A stretch of DNA of 64,000 bases, taken from positions 36,518,001 through 36,582,000 of the forward strand of contig OX597828.1 in NCBI GenBank assembly GCA_951406725.2, in the 5' to 3' direction. Made by a program: the position numbers and the translations under genes. The notes beneath the pieces were generated by a model. That model did no database searches and was not told where the DNA came from. It saw only the letters and a list, made by a program, of their open reading frames with translations. This document shows, piece by piece, positions 12,843-26,088 of this stretch (the first letter of the stretch is position 1; each line of letters begins with the position of its first letter). The DNA comes from Octopus vulgaris (lineage: Eukaryota).

Positions 12843-14433
12843 GTTGGTATTCTTTAACTTCTGCATTTCTAACTCCACCCTCACAATTTAATATCAATTA
12901 TGTCTTTTTTTTCCCATCTTTCAGTATGTGAGTTCTTCATGTTTTGTTATGAATATGGTGCATTGCTTTATCTGTGTTCTGCACGGCATTTGCTTTTGGT
13001 CACATAAGTGCTTGCTTGCTTATGAATGCCCATCATATTTGAAAATGGTCACCTTTCCTTTAAATGGCCATCTTTCCTTCAAAGACACAACTTCAAAGCT
13101 GCTTGAGATCAGAGAATTACAACTGCTACAATCCATGTGCCTTCAAAAACATGGAAGCTACATTATTTTATCATCACAGATGTTGGTTATAGTATGAGCA
13201 TGAGGAAACACTCGCTCCCTAAATTCATGTCAGTATTTATAGTTGCAGAATTGTCCAGTCCGTCTTGGTGTGTTCTAATTTGTCACCACCACCACCACCA
13301 CCACCACCATCATCATCACTGGTCTGTTATGGATTAGACTGCAATACAGCATCCTCAGTCTGTAAAGTTCTGAGTTCTCAGATCTGATTTAATTGTTTCT
13401 TGGTTTATCTGTGTTGAGTACCTCTATCTTTTTACCCATCATGCACCATTCATTTATGAGTTCAAACCAATCATCATCATCATCATCGTTTAACGTCCGT
13501 TCTCCATGCTAGCATGGGTTGGACGGTTTGACTGGGGATCTGGGAAGCCAGAAGGCTGCACCAGGCTCCAGTCTGATCTGGCAGTGTTTCTACAGCCGGA
13601 TGCCCTTCCTAATGCCAACCACTCCGTGAGTGTAGTGGGTGCTTTTTACATGCCACCGGCACAGGTGCCAGGCGAGGCTGGCAACGGCCACAATCGGATT
13701 GGTGCTTTTACGTGCCACCGGCACGGAAGCCAGTCAAGGCGGCACTGGCATCAGCCACGTTCGGATGGTGCTTTTTACGTGCCACCGGCACAGAGATCAC
13801 AACTGCAGTTTCCATTGATTTTTGATATTGGTGTACTTGACTCAATGGATCTCCTCAAGCACAGGGTCGAAACAGTGTTTCTTTATTTGCCACCTGCACA
13901 GGAGTCATATTCATACATATCAACAAATGATTTTATCAAATTCATTCTTTGCACTTAGTTAGTTCCACATTTTAATATTGTATTTGCAACAGATTATACT
14001 TAAATCCTATAATTTACAGCCATACTAGGGGTCATAGTGTTTGCGTTTTGTACAGAAAGAGAGAACAGAATTAGTAGATGTGTAATCATGTGAGAACATG
14101 GTAATTAAAGATTAGTGGAGGATTACTTTGAATCTAATTAGTTTTTATGGTTTTACTGAAATATGTTTAGTCTTTAATTCTGGTATTGTAAGAATGTCTG
14201 AATATCTCTTCAAACTTAGTACTCTCAGCTGAGTCATTCTCTCTTTTATTTATTCGTTTACAAAATGAATTTGGTATTTTGTTCAAGAGGGCAGTATTCT
14301 TTCCATATGACTACTTGTTTTTCTGCTAATTAATTAAATCAAGGATAACCCTGTATGTTGCTCAAAGCATAATGCAACATTTGTGCGAGTAGCAAATTTG
14401 CAGCTCATCATCTGAGGGGTTTGTCACTTACAC

Positions 14434-14787
14434 CAAAGGTTCTCAATGGGGGCCATTTGGAGCTTGAGGGGGAGCGTTTTGGAGCACTCTTTTGATAGCC
14501 AACACGTTGATCTTATAAGTGCCACATGGTGGAAATTATCGCAATTACCAAACTTTCAATTCATTATTTCGTTTTTGTTTTTTTGCACTTTTAATTTGTA
14601 CATCTGTACTCCTGACTGTAAAGCGCATATGTAAAACAACATCCTTTATTTTTTAATCATTATCTGCTAATATCAAAATAAGTCATATATTGAAAAATAA
14701 AAGTATTTTCGGTGGCGGGGGTGGGGGATCATTTGTGACTCCAAGTGTCAAAAGGGAGCTTTGGCCAAAATGGGTTGAGAACCTTTG
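14434..14787. mobile_element. hAT-type MITE
   Basis: perfect 13-bp TIR caaaggttctcaa / ttgagaacctttg. Confidence 0.65.
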
Positions 14788-14932
14788 AATCAAAGCTATT
14801 AAAGCTTATCTAGTTATGTATTGGTCAGCCCACCCCACCCCATTGTTTTTCATTTATTGCTTTTCCACTTGAAACAAGTTAATGGTGTTCTGCTTGACAT
14901 TTAAAACACTCTTTTGATGCTTCTGTTTGCAG

Positions 14933-15091
14933 ATTCAATCATGATCGGCGAGATCGTGACCATGTATCATTCCAGAGCAGTAATTCGAGCTACAGTTCCC
15001 ACAACAGATTTGACTCTCACAATCGGAGTGGAGATTTCAGGTACCACCACAGGTCGGACTTCAAACATCACTCTGATCGCAGTGATAAAAG
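14933..15091 (+). CDS. CHD1: CHD1 coding exon, His/Arg/Ser/Asp-rich tail
   Basis: tgcag|(R)FNHDRRDRDHVSFQSS...HHRSDFKHHSDRSDK(AG)|gtgagt; 159 nt, phase 2-2. Confidence 0.85.
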
Positions 15092-16430
15092 GTGAGTTAT
15101 GAGCAAAACAAATACAAACCTATAAAAATTACATCTGAAACATTTGTAAAGGTTTTTTTGAAAATACATCAACCTTTGACTGACTTAAATTTCCCTTTTC
15201 ACTTAACATTAGATGTTAGTGTATTTATCTGTATGAGATGGAAATAGTTTTTGTGGCTTATTCAGTGGAGAAAGAACAGTGTCACTGGTCAGTCATGAAA
15301 GCTGGAATAGGGAGTAATAGGAGAGAGAGAGATTGATGGATAGCTTTAAAGATAGGCGAAAGAATAATGAGTGAGAGCGAGTGATGAGGTAGGGAGTGGT
15401 GGGAGAGAGAGATACTGACATGTTTATTAAAATTGTCAGCCATGATTATGAAGTTGTTGTCAATTGTTATTGAAGCAGTCTGAAAGAGGGCTTGTCTAAT
15501 AGTCCTGATTCTTATTCACATTATAAACTTTTCAGAGTGGCAAGCTGGCAGAATCATTAGGATGCTGGGTGAAATGCCTAACGGTATTTCATCTGCCGTT
15601 GCGTTCTGAGTTCAAATTCTGCAGAGGTCGACTTTGCCTTTCATCCTTTCGGGGTCGTTTAAATAAGTACCAGTTATGCACTGGAGTCGATGTAATCAAC
15701 TTAATCCCTTTGTCTGTCCTTGTTTTTCCTCTCTGTGTCTAGCCCCCTGTGGGCAATAAAGAAATAATTATAAATTTTTCAAGTGTGTTGTCTATGTTTA
15801 ATCAGTCTTTCACACATCTCGACTTCTTCAGTTACTTTTCTCCGACAACAACATTCTTACTCTGCTCACACTTTCACTGTTACCCATCTGCAAGAATTTG
15901 TCTGTGTGTACCGTTTGTGAGAAGTCTGGCCGATATTTCCCCTCAATCTTACCTCTTATATACAACATACACCTACTCATCTTCACTCCAGCATCTATAA
16001 TCTCTACAGAGCTATCTTTTATCACACCAACATTGATCATGGCTACCCTAAAGTTTTGCGCTTAATAAGGTAAAGGATCGATAGTTTGTTGTTGGTTTTC
16101 TCAATCAGAAAGTAAAAGAGTTTCTGTAATTGTTTGGGCTTTCGCATATTGCTAGATGTTTGTACTGAATGAATTACTGCTGCTGCTGCTGCTATGATGA
16201 TGAAAGGTACAGAGAATATTTGGGATCAATCTTCTGTGGAATACAGTCAAATGGTTGATATGTATAGAAGGTTTGCCAAGATATTGTGACTCTTATAAAA
16301 TACCATTCTGTGGCACCTGTTTAGGGTTGGCTTGATACTATAATTTTTGCTGAAAACCAGAAAATCTGTCTGTCTCTGTGTTTCTCTCTCATACCATTTG
16401 TTAATACTTTTGTTTTTGTTCTTGTTGCAG

Positions 16431-16557
16431 CCACGTGCCATATCAAGACAGGAAACGGCGAAGTGATGATCGTAAAGACTACCACTCCAGCAAAGAGAGA
16501 AAACTAGACATGCCTCCTCGTTCACAGACGTCACAGGATTCCAAACCACATAACTGA
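16431..16557 (+). CDS. CHD1: CHD1 last coding exon to stop codon
   Basis: long pyrimidine tract, tgcag|(S)HVPYQDRKRRSDDRKDYHSSKERKLDMPPRSQTSQDSKPHN-TGA. Confidence 0.85.
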
Positions 16558-17131
16558 AGCCTTCGATTCAGCATTTCTTGTAAAATATATTTCCGTTGCT
16601 TTTCCTAAGGAATTAATAACAGGCAATACAAGACTTCGGTTCAGAGGCACTGACCTGGATGAATCCTTTCATCTCAATGGGGGGAAGAAAAAAAAAATTA
16701 ATAATAAAAAAAAAAAGTAAAACAAAACAAAAACACTGGTCATTTCATACACACATACACATTCAAAATACGCATAACATGCATGTGCATATGCAAAACA
16801 TCTCTCTCTTTACTTGGCTGTGGATGTCTTTGGCATCATTGGACCCCACCCCCCATCCTATCCCCCCAACACCCACCAAAACTAGTTCCAACAGATACTC
16901 GAACCTTCTTGGGAAAGTTGTGTTACCAAAAAAACGTCTTCGGACCTGTTTACCAGTGAAATCTGCTGCTTCTATTACACATCTTCACACTTGTGTTGTT
17001 TCCATTTAGACAGAACTTTGATTGTGTGTAGTTGCAGACTAATGGTGCATATGCTGTTTAGCACACACATTAAAAAAAAAAACACACACACATACATTAA
17101 TATACATATGCCATATGCAAACATGCTTACC

Positions 17132-17173
<42 letters not shown>

Positions 17174-17613
17174 TTATTGACTCATGCAAATGTACTTATG
17201 TGTGTGTCCACATTCACCTGTGTACACAACACAGAATATTCTCTCAAATGTGTACATATTCTTATATGTTGTGTGCTCTGGAGTAAATTGCCTTTTTGTT
17301 TTTTCCTTGCTGACATTAATATTGAATGTGCACATGTTCACCCCCTCTCTCTCTTGTGCAGGCTGGTGATGTACAAGCATTCTTGGATTTGAAATCAGTC
17401 TGTACAATTCTTCACTTGGAATATTATTTGAATTTTTTTTTTTTTTACTTTTGCAAACTATGTTGCATATTTCAGACTGAAGTTTTAACCTAACCTCTAA
17501 TTTATTCCATTTTTAACAAGAAAGAAACAATTGCATTGCTGCCCTATTATTCTTCCAAATGTTATATGTATGGTATGTGTGTGTGTGTGTGTGTGTATAT
17601 ACATACATATATA

Positions 17614-17688
<75 letters not shown>

Positions 17689-17811
17689 ATAAAACAAAAT
17701 TTGAAGAAAAAAAGAGAGAACATATGTAGAACAACCAAAAGTTGTTCGTGTAAAAAAAAACAAGAATTATACTGTAACTATCTAACAATTTTTCACCATC
17801 CGAGAGAACAT

Positions 17812-17812
<1 letters not shown>

Positions 17813-17878
<66 letters not shown>

Positions 17879-17920
17879 TACTACTACTACTACTATTATT
17901 GTTGTTGTTGCTGTTGTTGA
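17813..17920. repeat. (TTA)n-(CTA)n-(TTG)n compound repeat in CHD1 3' UTR region
   Basis: direct reading. Confidence 0.95.
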
Positions 17921-19169
17921 GGGTGTTGGAGGTGGTCAGATAGATGAATGTGAGCTACAAAACAGCTGATTTGACACCTGAAAGCAGAAGGAAGCAAAGA
18001 CAAAAGTTATTTTATAAATCTAGGAGACTCTTTTAATGCTGCACTCCTCAGTATACCTTGTCTTTTTTTTTTGTTTGTTTTGTTTTTTCTTTTCAATATT
18101 TCAGTTGGATTCTTGAATCAAATACTACATAAAATAGCTGAAAACTTTCCAAATATATGAAACAAGAAATATATAAAAAAAAAAAAATGGTTAAAAAAAA
18201 GAAGGAAATGTACAGAGCACCAACAAAATAATGCTGAAAATATAAATAAATGTAAAGAAAAAAAAATATATGCACTGCCCCCCCATTTTCCCCCAAAACC
18301 TTCATAAGCAAAGGGAACATCCCCCCCCCCCGTCTTTCATTATTATTATTATTATTATTTATGCAATGTAGATGTGTAAAAAAAAGCAAAGGCATTTCAG
18401 TTTTGTCTGTATAGTTTGTGGTTGGAGGTTTAAATCATTTTTTTTCTTCTTCTTTTCACTCACCAACTCTGTTCAGCTTTGTGGGTGATTTAAACAAGAT
18501 GAGAGCCGCTGCGCTTTGAAATGCGAGGAGTTTACTACTGTTGTGCCAAGCATATCAAACGCAGAATATGTAGATAACATGCAAGGAAAATACCCCCCCC
18601 CCCCCTCCAACAACAACAACAACAACCCCAAAATCCAAACCCAATGCTACTGTGATCTCTTAAACAAGTTTCATATATAATATGTGTATGTGTGTGTGTA
18701 TATATATACATACATATATGACTACTGTTTCATCAAATGTCTAAAAAGCCTATAGTTTGTCTAGCCTTTGTATATTCTGAGACTTTGGCTAAATAATAAT
18801 AATAATAATAATAATTTCTGACTGATACATTTCCCTCACTTTCACCCCTGTACTCTCTCTCTCTCTCTCTCTTTATCTCATTTTCACTCTTGTGCAAAGA
18901 AAATTTTTATTCCCCACCTTCCCGCCCTCCTTTTATCTTGCAAACAAACGGAATCGGTGACTTAGGCAATGCATAAATACTCTGTTTCTGTGATGGGATA
19001 TGTGCGGCTGCTGTCTGCGAGGACATGTGGAAATTATATTTCCGTTGCTTGCCTAACATACCGTTCTTCTGCTTCTGTCATCACTTTTACTTTACAAATC
19101 TCTCCACTTATATTTGTTCACTACACTGGAGTTTCTATATCTCAACCATTCTCCTGTCATGGAATGCTA

Positions 19170-19205
<36 letters not shown>

Positions 19206-19688
19206 CAACAACAATAAAAGGAAGGAAAACAATTTTTTTTTTCTTTTTGTACAATTGGTACCACTCACAAAAGAGCAGAAACACTAACATGAAAATTGCA
19301 AACAAACAAAACATCAAATGTGAAACACATGTTAAAATTTCACATAATTTACAGAAAATTCCTGGCTGTGCTTAAACATTTTACCAAATTCTATAAACAT
19401 TGAATATTGAACTACTGGAAAATATTTCAAAAAAGAAAGAAAAAATAAAACAGAAATTGGAAAACCACAAGGAAAGTAATTAAAAGATTGTGACAAAAAA
19501 AGTATTTTTAACTTGAATTTTGCCTGCAATATTTTTTTTGTTTTGTTTTTATTTTCTGAGTGAGTGTTAATGATGATGATGATAATAATAATAGTATTAA
19601 TTAGTAATAATAAAGATAATAACAACAACAGCAACAGCAACCTTGCAGAATAAGTCTCCCAATAACTTTTGACCTGCTATTTAAAAAT

Positions 19689-19705
19689 AATAAAAGACAA
19701 ATAAA
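19689..19705 (+). terminator. tandem AATAAA polyadenylation signals (19689-19694, 19700-19705)
   Basis: two AATAAA hexamers followed by ttgttattgttttc GU-rich element. Confidence 0.5.
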
Positions 19706-20214
19706 AAAATTAATATAAATAAGACATTGTTATTGTTTTCAAGTTGAGTACAGTTTTCTTTTTTATGTATATTGCTTTGATGTGGTTGGTCTGCTTTTAA
19801 TTTTCTTTAGACATATATAGGTACAGACATAGTTGTGTAGTTAAGAAGCTCATTTTGTAACTATGTGGTTTTGGGTTCAGTTCCAATGTAGCAGGTTTGG
19901 TAAGTTTTTTTTTTTCCCGTTATGACTTCAGACAGACCAATGCCTTGTGAGTAAATTTGGTAGACAGAAACTCTGTGGAATCCTGTTTTATATATATATA
20001 TATATATATATTTATGATAGATTGTTAGCCAATACACACATTTTTTTTCTCTCCTTGTTTTTTCTGTGTACCTTTCTGTAGAAGAGCATAGGCTCGAAAC
20101 GTAAAAGGCTTTTTCTATTCCTGAGCGCTATACTAATACATCTGTTTGTTTTGTACACCACCTGCCTTTGTCTTTTGTTTGTTTTTGTAAACTTTCCCTT
20201 TATATATATATATA

Positions 20215-20589
20215 TCTTCTCTCTATATATAAACGGCAGTTTGTCTGTGTGTGTTTCTGTGTGTCTGTTAGGTTGTACCCTCACCCTGACCACGGCTTTC
20301 AACCGATTCTGATGAAACTTGACACACACATAGCCCAATGTCATAATTCAAAACTAACGCAGCGAAAATTTTGAAAAGTTCCCCCAGTTCTCAAAAAAAA
20401 TCGATAAATTCGACATGGGGTCGAGAATCAGAAACACAAACCACAGACTGTCTAGGGGACGCAACTCGACCTTTTTAACTAAAAAAAAATTTACCATAAT
20501 TTTTTTCCATTTTTTTGGCTATAACTCTCTAAAAATGCTTTATAGTTATTTCCCTTACAAACCCGAGCAACGCCGGGCGATACTGCTAG
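20215..20589 (+). mobile_element. non-autonomous Helitron
   Basis: 5' TC..tatatataaa + (GT/CT) repeats; 3' hairpin cccgagcaacgccggg then CTAG|t. Confidence 0.75.
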
Positions 20590-20781
20590 TCAATAATAAA
20601 GTGATTGTTTCTTATCAGGAACAAAATGTTTAATAGGGCTGCTATAGAAGTGCTCAATTAAATGAGACAAATATATTAAACTATGATTGCAGAACAAACA
20701 AATATAAGGTCATCCACGTAACATTTCATATCTCGAACATTTAATCACATAATGCTTTTTCTTTCACATAGAATATACATA

Positions 20782-21173
20782 GGTGCAGGAGTGGCTGTGT
20801 GGTAAGTAGCTTGCTAACCAACCACATGGTTCCGGGTTCAGTCCCACTGCGTGGCATCTTGGGCAAGTGTCTTCTACTATAGCCCCGGGCCGACCAATGC
20901 CTTGTGAGTGGATTTGGTAGACGGAAACTGAAAGAAGCCTGTCGTATATATATATATATATATGTGTATGTGTTTGTGTGTCTGTGTTTGTCCCCCTAGC
21001 ATTGCTTGACAACCGATGCTGGTGTGTTTACGTCCCCGTCACTTAGCGGTTCGGCAAAAGAGACCGATAGAATAAGTACTGGGCTTACAAAGAATAAGTC
21101 ACGGGGTCGATTTGCTCGACTAAAGGCGGTGCTCCAGCATGGCCACAGTCAAATGACTGAAACAAGTAAAAGA
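20782..21173 (+). mobile_element. tRNA-derived SINE family A, full-length representative (other copies at ~345, 6671, 24947 on +; 23240, 25455, 39285 on -)
   Basis: tRNA-like head with A box (tggctgtgtggt) and B box (ggttcagtccc), internal (TA)n/(TG)n, conserved 3' end cagtcaaatgactgaaacaagtaaaaga; many copies. Confidence 0.85.
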
Positions 21174-24033
21174 GCATAAAATCAAGGAAAATGAAACACA
21201 ACTCATCAATACAAATAATAACAATAATAATATAAAATATATTCAGAATTCAAAATATATATTTTTTTTAATGTTTGTTTGAGGAGTTACAGTTAGGAGA
21301 CCCTCTGTATGTTCTCTCCATGTATATCTATATTGTGAATTTATCACATTTATGTTATCATCATCCAAGGTGGCAAGCTGGCAGAATCATTAGAGTACTG
21401 GACAAAATGCTTAGTGATATTTCACCCATCGCAACATTCTGAGTTCAAATTCTGCTGAGGTCGACTTCACCTTTTATCCTTTCGGAGTCAATAAAATAAG
21501 TACCAGTTGAACACTGGGGTCGATGTAATTGACTCGTCCTTTCCCCCAAGATTGCTGCCCTTGTAGCAAATTTGAAACCATTATTATTATTATTATTAAT
21601 ATTCATAATGTATTTCCTATTCTGTAATGAAAAATGTGTCATGTGGAACTAAAGTTATTCCAAATTTTCCAGTCTTTATTTTAATATATTCCTACTTGAA
21701 GGCAGTGAGCTGACAGAAACGTTAGCATGACGGGTGAAATGCCTAGCAGTATTTTGTTTGCTGCTATTTTCTGGGTTCAAATTCCACCGAGGTCGACTTT
21801 GCCTTTCATCCTTTCGAGGTCGATTAAATAAGTGCCAGTTATGCACTGGGGGCGATATAATCGACTTAATCCGTTTGTCTGTCCTTGTTTGTCCCTTCTA
21901 TGTTTAGCCCCTTGTGGGCAATAAAGAAATAAGAAACGTTAGCACGCCGGGCGAAATGCTTAGCGATATTTTGTCTACCGCTACATTCTGAGTTCAAATT
22001 CTGCTGAGGTCGACTTTGCCTTTCATCCTTTCGGAATCGATAAATTAAGTACCAGTTGTGTACTGGGTCGATCTAATCGACTGGCCCATTCCCACAAAAT
22101 TTCAGGCCTTGTACCTAGAGAAGAAAAGAATATATCCCTACTCAGCCAATGTTATGAGTCATCAGGGTTTTGAACAAGTATGTATGATTTTTCTCTTTTA
22201 ACCCATTAGCATTCAGATTCTTCTCTCAAATGTGCAATGCTTATGCATTCACATTCTTTTAAAGTAATCATGCATTGTCTCTTAGCATCAAGATTTTGAT
22301 GATCTGATTAAGCTTTTACATGTTTCAGTCATTTGACTGCAGCCATACTGGAATACAGCCAATAGTCGGAGAAATCGACCACAGGACTTATTCTTTGTAA
22401 GCCTACTACTTATTCTATCGGCGTCTTTTGCCAAAGCGCTAAGTTTCAGCGACATAAAGACACCAACATCAGTTGTCAAGTGTTGGAGAGACAAGCACAG
22501 GCATGACACACAAATATATATATATATATATATATACATACACAACTTTTTGAGAGCGTGGAATCCCCAGCCCATTCAAAGTACCTTGGATCGCAGGACG
22601 GCCTGCTGTGCCTACCTTGGATCATGGGGTGACCTGCTGTGCTTGAGGAGACCTATTGAGTCAATTACATCAACATCAAAATAAAAATCAAATGGAAATT
22701 GTAGTAGTGATACCCGTGCCGGTGGCACGTAAAAAGCACCAACCGATTGTGGCTGTTGCCAGCCACCTCTGGCCCGTGCTGGTGGCATGTAAAAAGCACC
22801 CACTACAGTCACGGAGTGGTTGGCATTAGGAAGGGCATCAAGCTGTAGAAAAACTGCCAGATCAGACTGGAGCCTGGTGCAGCCTCCTGGCTTCCCAGGC
22901 CCTGGTTGAACTTCCAAACCATGCTAGCATGGAAAACATGTTAAACGATGATGATGATGATAAGCTTCTTTCAGTTTCCATCTACAATATCCACTCACAA
23001 GGCTTTGGTCGAACTGGGGTTATAAGTAGAAGGCATTTGCCCAAGCTGCCATGCAGTGGGACTGAACCTGGAACCATGTGGTTGGGAAGCAACCTGAGTT
23101 GGGGCAAGAGGCCAGATCTGGCTGGTTTAAATGCTAAATGGTTAAAATAAAAAATCTACATTTCATTACTGGAATATACAGCTGTGTTTCATGAGGACAC
23201 AGCTTGGATTAAAACCCCTTCTGTACACTAATATATATATACTCTTTTACTTGTTTCAGTCATTTGACTGTGGCCATACTGGAGCACCACCTTTAGTCGA
23301 GCAAATTGACCCCAGGACTTATTCTTTGTAAGCCTTGTACTTATTCTATCGATCTCTTTTGCCGAACTGTGTTTATGGGGACGTAAACACACCAGCATCG
23401 GTTGTCAAGTGATGTTGGGGGACAAAAACAGACACACAAACATATACGCACACATATATATATACAATGGGCTTCTTTCAGTTTCCGTCTACCAAATCCA
23501 CTCACAAGGCAGTGGTCGGCCTGAGGCTATGGTAGAAGACACTTGCCCAAGGTGGCATGACGTGGGACTGAACCCAGAACCACACAGCCACTTCTGCGCC
23601 TACGAATTCAGAGACTTCATAATGTGGCACCTGTTCTTTCAGCCAACCAGTGTGGTGCATGTCTTTGGTTGGGCTCGGGAGTCATGCAAGGGCCGCACAT
23701 TGCATCATCAATGTCTCATTTCAGTGATTCTCTCTAGCAATGGCTTTGCTAATGTACGAGAAAGTGGCTACTATATATATATATATGGGCAACTGGTGTT
23801 TGTCTGTTTACATCCTCATAACATTAGCAGTTCAGCAAAAGACGTTGATGGAATAAGTACTAGGGTTGATTGGTTTGACTAAAAAATTTTTCAAGGCGGT
23901 GCCCCAGCATGGCTGCACTCTCATGACTGAAAGAAGCAAAAGTATAAAAGAACAAGGACGGACGGACATACATACATACATACATACATACATACATACA
24001 TACATACATACATACATACATACATACATACAC

Positions 24034-24070
<37 letters not shown>

Positions 24071-24472
24071 TGTATCCATTCTTGTTATGTGATGGCTGTA
24101 AATGAGCATCTCCATTTATTTCCAGTCTTCCATAAAATTATGTTTACCTATGGGAAAATATGACTTTGCTTGGAGACAGACAAGTGTTGGTGACAGGAAG
24201 GACATCCAGCTGTAAGAAATCGGCCTCAACAACTTCCATCTGACTCGGCGGAGCAGAGAAGAATAGATGTTAAACGATGATGATGATGATGATGATGCAC
24301 CCCAACATATACGAATCCTGTTTGTGGGAGTTAATGAAGCCTTGGCAAAGCAACATGAATGGGGCACTTCAGCAGATGTTCCTAAAATAGGGACCTAGAA
24401 GATGTGATGTAAGAGAACAACAATACACAGAGCTTTCAGCAGAGGTTGGCGTAGTGTGATACTTTGCTGAAA

Positions 24473-24701
24473 GGTGGCGAGCTGGCAGAGTCGTTAGCAC
24501 GCCGGGCGAAATGCTTAGTGGTATTTCGTCTGCCGTTACGTTCTGAGTTCAAATTTCACCCAGGTCCACTTTGCCTTTCATCCTTTCGGGGTCGATAAAT
24601 TAAGTACCAGTTACGCACTGGGGTCAATGTAATCGACTTAATCCGTTTGTCTATCCTTGTTTTTCCCCTCTATGTTTAGCTCCTTGTGGGTAATAAAGAA
24701 A
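24473..24701 (+). mobile_element. tRNA-derived SINE family B representative (also ~9105, 15536, 21368, 21700, 21933; reverse ~27165, 38420, 41070)
   Basis: head ggcgagctggcagaatcgttag...gagttcaaatt, central gcctttcatcctttcggggtcgataaattaagtaccag core (resembles Meta-type SINE core, from memory). Confidence 0.8.
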
Positions 24702-25454
24702 CGGATACTTTGCTGATATTGGGACTTGAGAGAAATAGCAACAGAGGTCAGCGATCTGAGAACTGCATTCATTTCGTGTAGAAGCTTGTGAAGGGAAGAG
24801 TATAACTGAAAGAGAAAATGAAATTCTCATCAAGTATTAAAACAAAATAACTGTTTGGTGGTTGTAGGTGATCTGCTTTGATAATATGGTTGCAGACACA
24901 CTACCAAAACAAAGTTTACATAATATTGGCCAATGTTCGGTATAATTAGCTGTGTGGTAAGAAGCTTGCTTACCAACCACATGGTTCCAGGTTCAGCACT
25001 ACTGCATAGCACCTTAGGCAAGTGTCTTCTACTATAGCTTTGGGTCGACCAAAGCCTTGTGAGTGGATTTGGTAGACGGAAACTGTAAGAAGCCCGTCAT
25101 ATGATTACTATATTACAACAGGTATATAGCCCGTTCTCTATATTATATTGCATTGTTGTACCATTCAAAACTTTTTATTCTTTACAAACAATACACAATG
25201 CTTCAAGCGAACTACCATACTCTCATATATATGTATTTATTTGTGTGTCTGTATTTGTTTCTCTCCCCACCACATCGCTTGACAACTAATGTTGGTGTGC
25301 TTACATCCCTGTAACTTAGTGGTTCGGCAAAAGAAACCTATAGAATAAGTATTAGGCTTACAAAGTCCTGGGATTGATTTGCTCGACTAAAGGCAGTGCT
25401 CCTGCATGGCCGCAGTCAAGTGACTGAAACAAGTAAAAGAGTATATATATATTT

Positions 25455-25851
25455 ACTCTTTTACTTGTTTCAGTCATTTGACTGCGGCCATGCTGGAGCA
25501 CCACCTTTAATCGAGCAACTCGACCCCGGGACTTATTCTTTTTGTAAGCCCAGTACTTATTCTATCAGTCTCTTTTGCCGAACCGCTAAGTAACGGGGAC
25601 ATAAACACACCAGCATCGGTTGTCAAGCAATGCTAGGGGGACAAACACAGACACACAAACATACACATGCATATATATATATATACATATATACGACGGG
25701 CTTCTTTCAGTTTCCGTCTACCAAATCCACTCACAAGGCATTGGTCGGCCCGAGGCTATAGCAGAAGATACTTGCCCAAGATGCCACGCAGTGGGACCGA
25801 ACCTGGAACCATGTGGTTGGTAAACAAGCTACTTACCACACAGCCACTCCT
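25455..25851 (-). mobile_element. SINE family A, reverse copy
   Basis: near-identical reverse complement of 20782-21173. Confidence 0.85.
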
Positions 25852-26088
25852 ATATATATATTAGCAGCAGGGGCAGTATTAATGCCAAGAGGTAATATTT
25901 ATCCATACTTAAATGTGGATATTCCGTTAAAACAGACGATGCCATGAGAGCAAAATCTCATATAAGCTTTTGGTGCCAAAATGCAAACCTCTTTATATCA
26001 TTAGCAAGCGGATAAATCCTGACCAACTCCAGCGATGAGACCACCAAAACACATGATTTCGACCTTTTTTCGTCTCTGCTATGATTAA

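Larger units (their letters stand above)
16558..19725 (+). other. CHD1: probable CHD1 3' UTR (~3.1 kb)
   Basis: SINE-free stretch after the stop, ending at two AATAAA signals followed by GT-rich sequence; SINEs resume at ~19820. Confidence 0.55.

Noticed and set aside
13636-13795. CRISPR-like spacing of ggtgcttttacgtgccaccggcac repeats with ~28-nt spacers
   Set aside because: Internal minisatellite of retroposon family C; spacers recur in other copies, DNA is eukaryotic, and no cas genes are present
13506-13958. 150-aa ORF (MLAWVGRFDW...LQPDALPNANHS) repeated in several places
   Set aside because: Antisense reading of repeat family C; frames are not maintained between copies
17497-17943. 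ORFs of 88-135 aa with poly-Leu and YIYI tracts
   Set aside because: Translations of (TA)n, (TG)n and (TTA)n microsatellites
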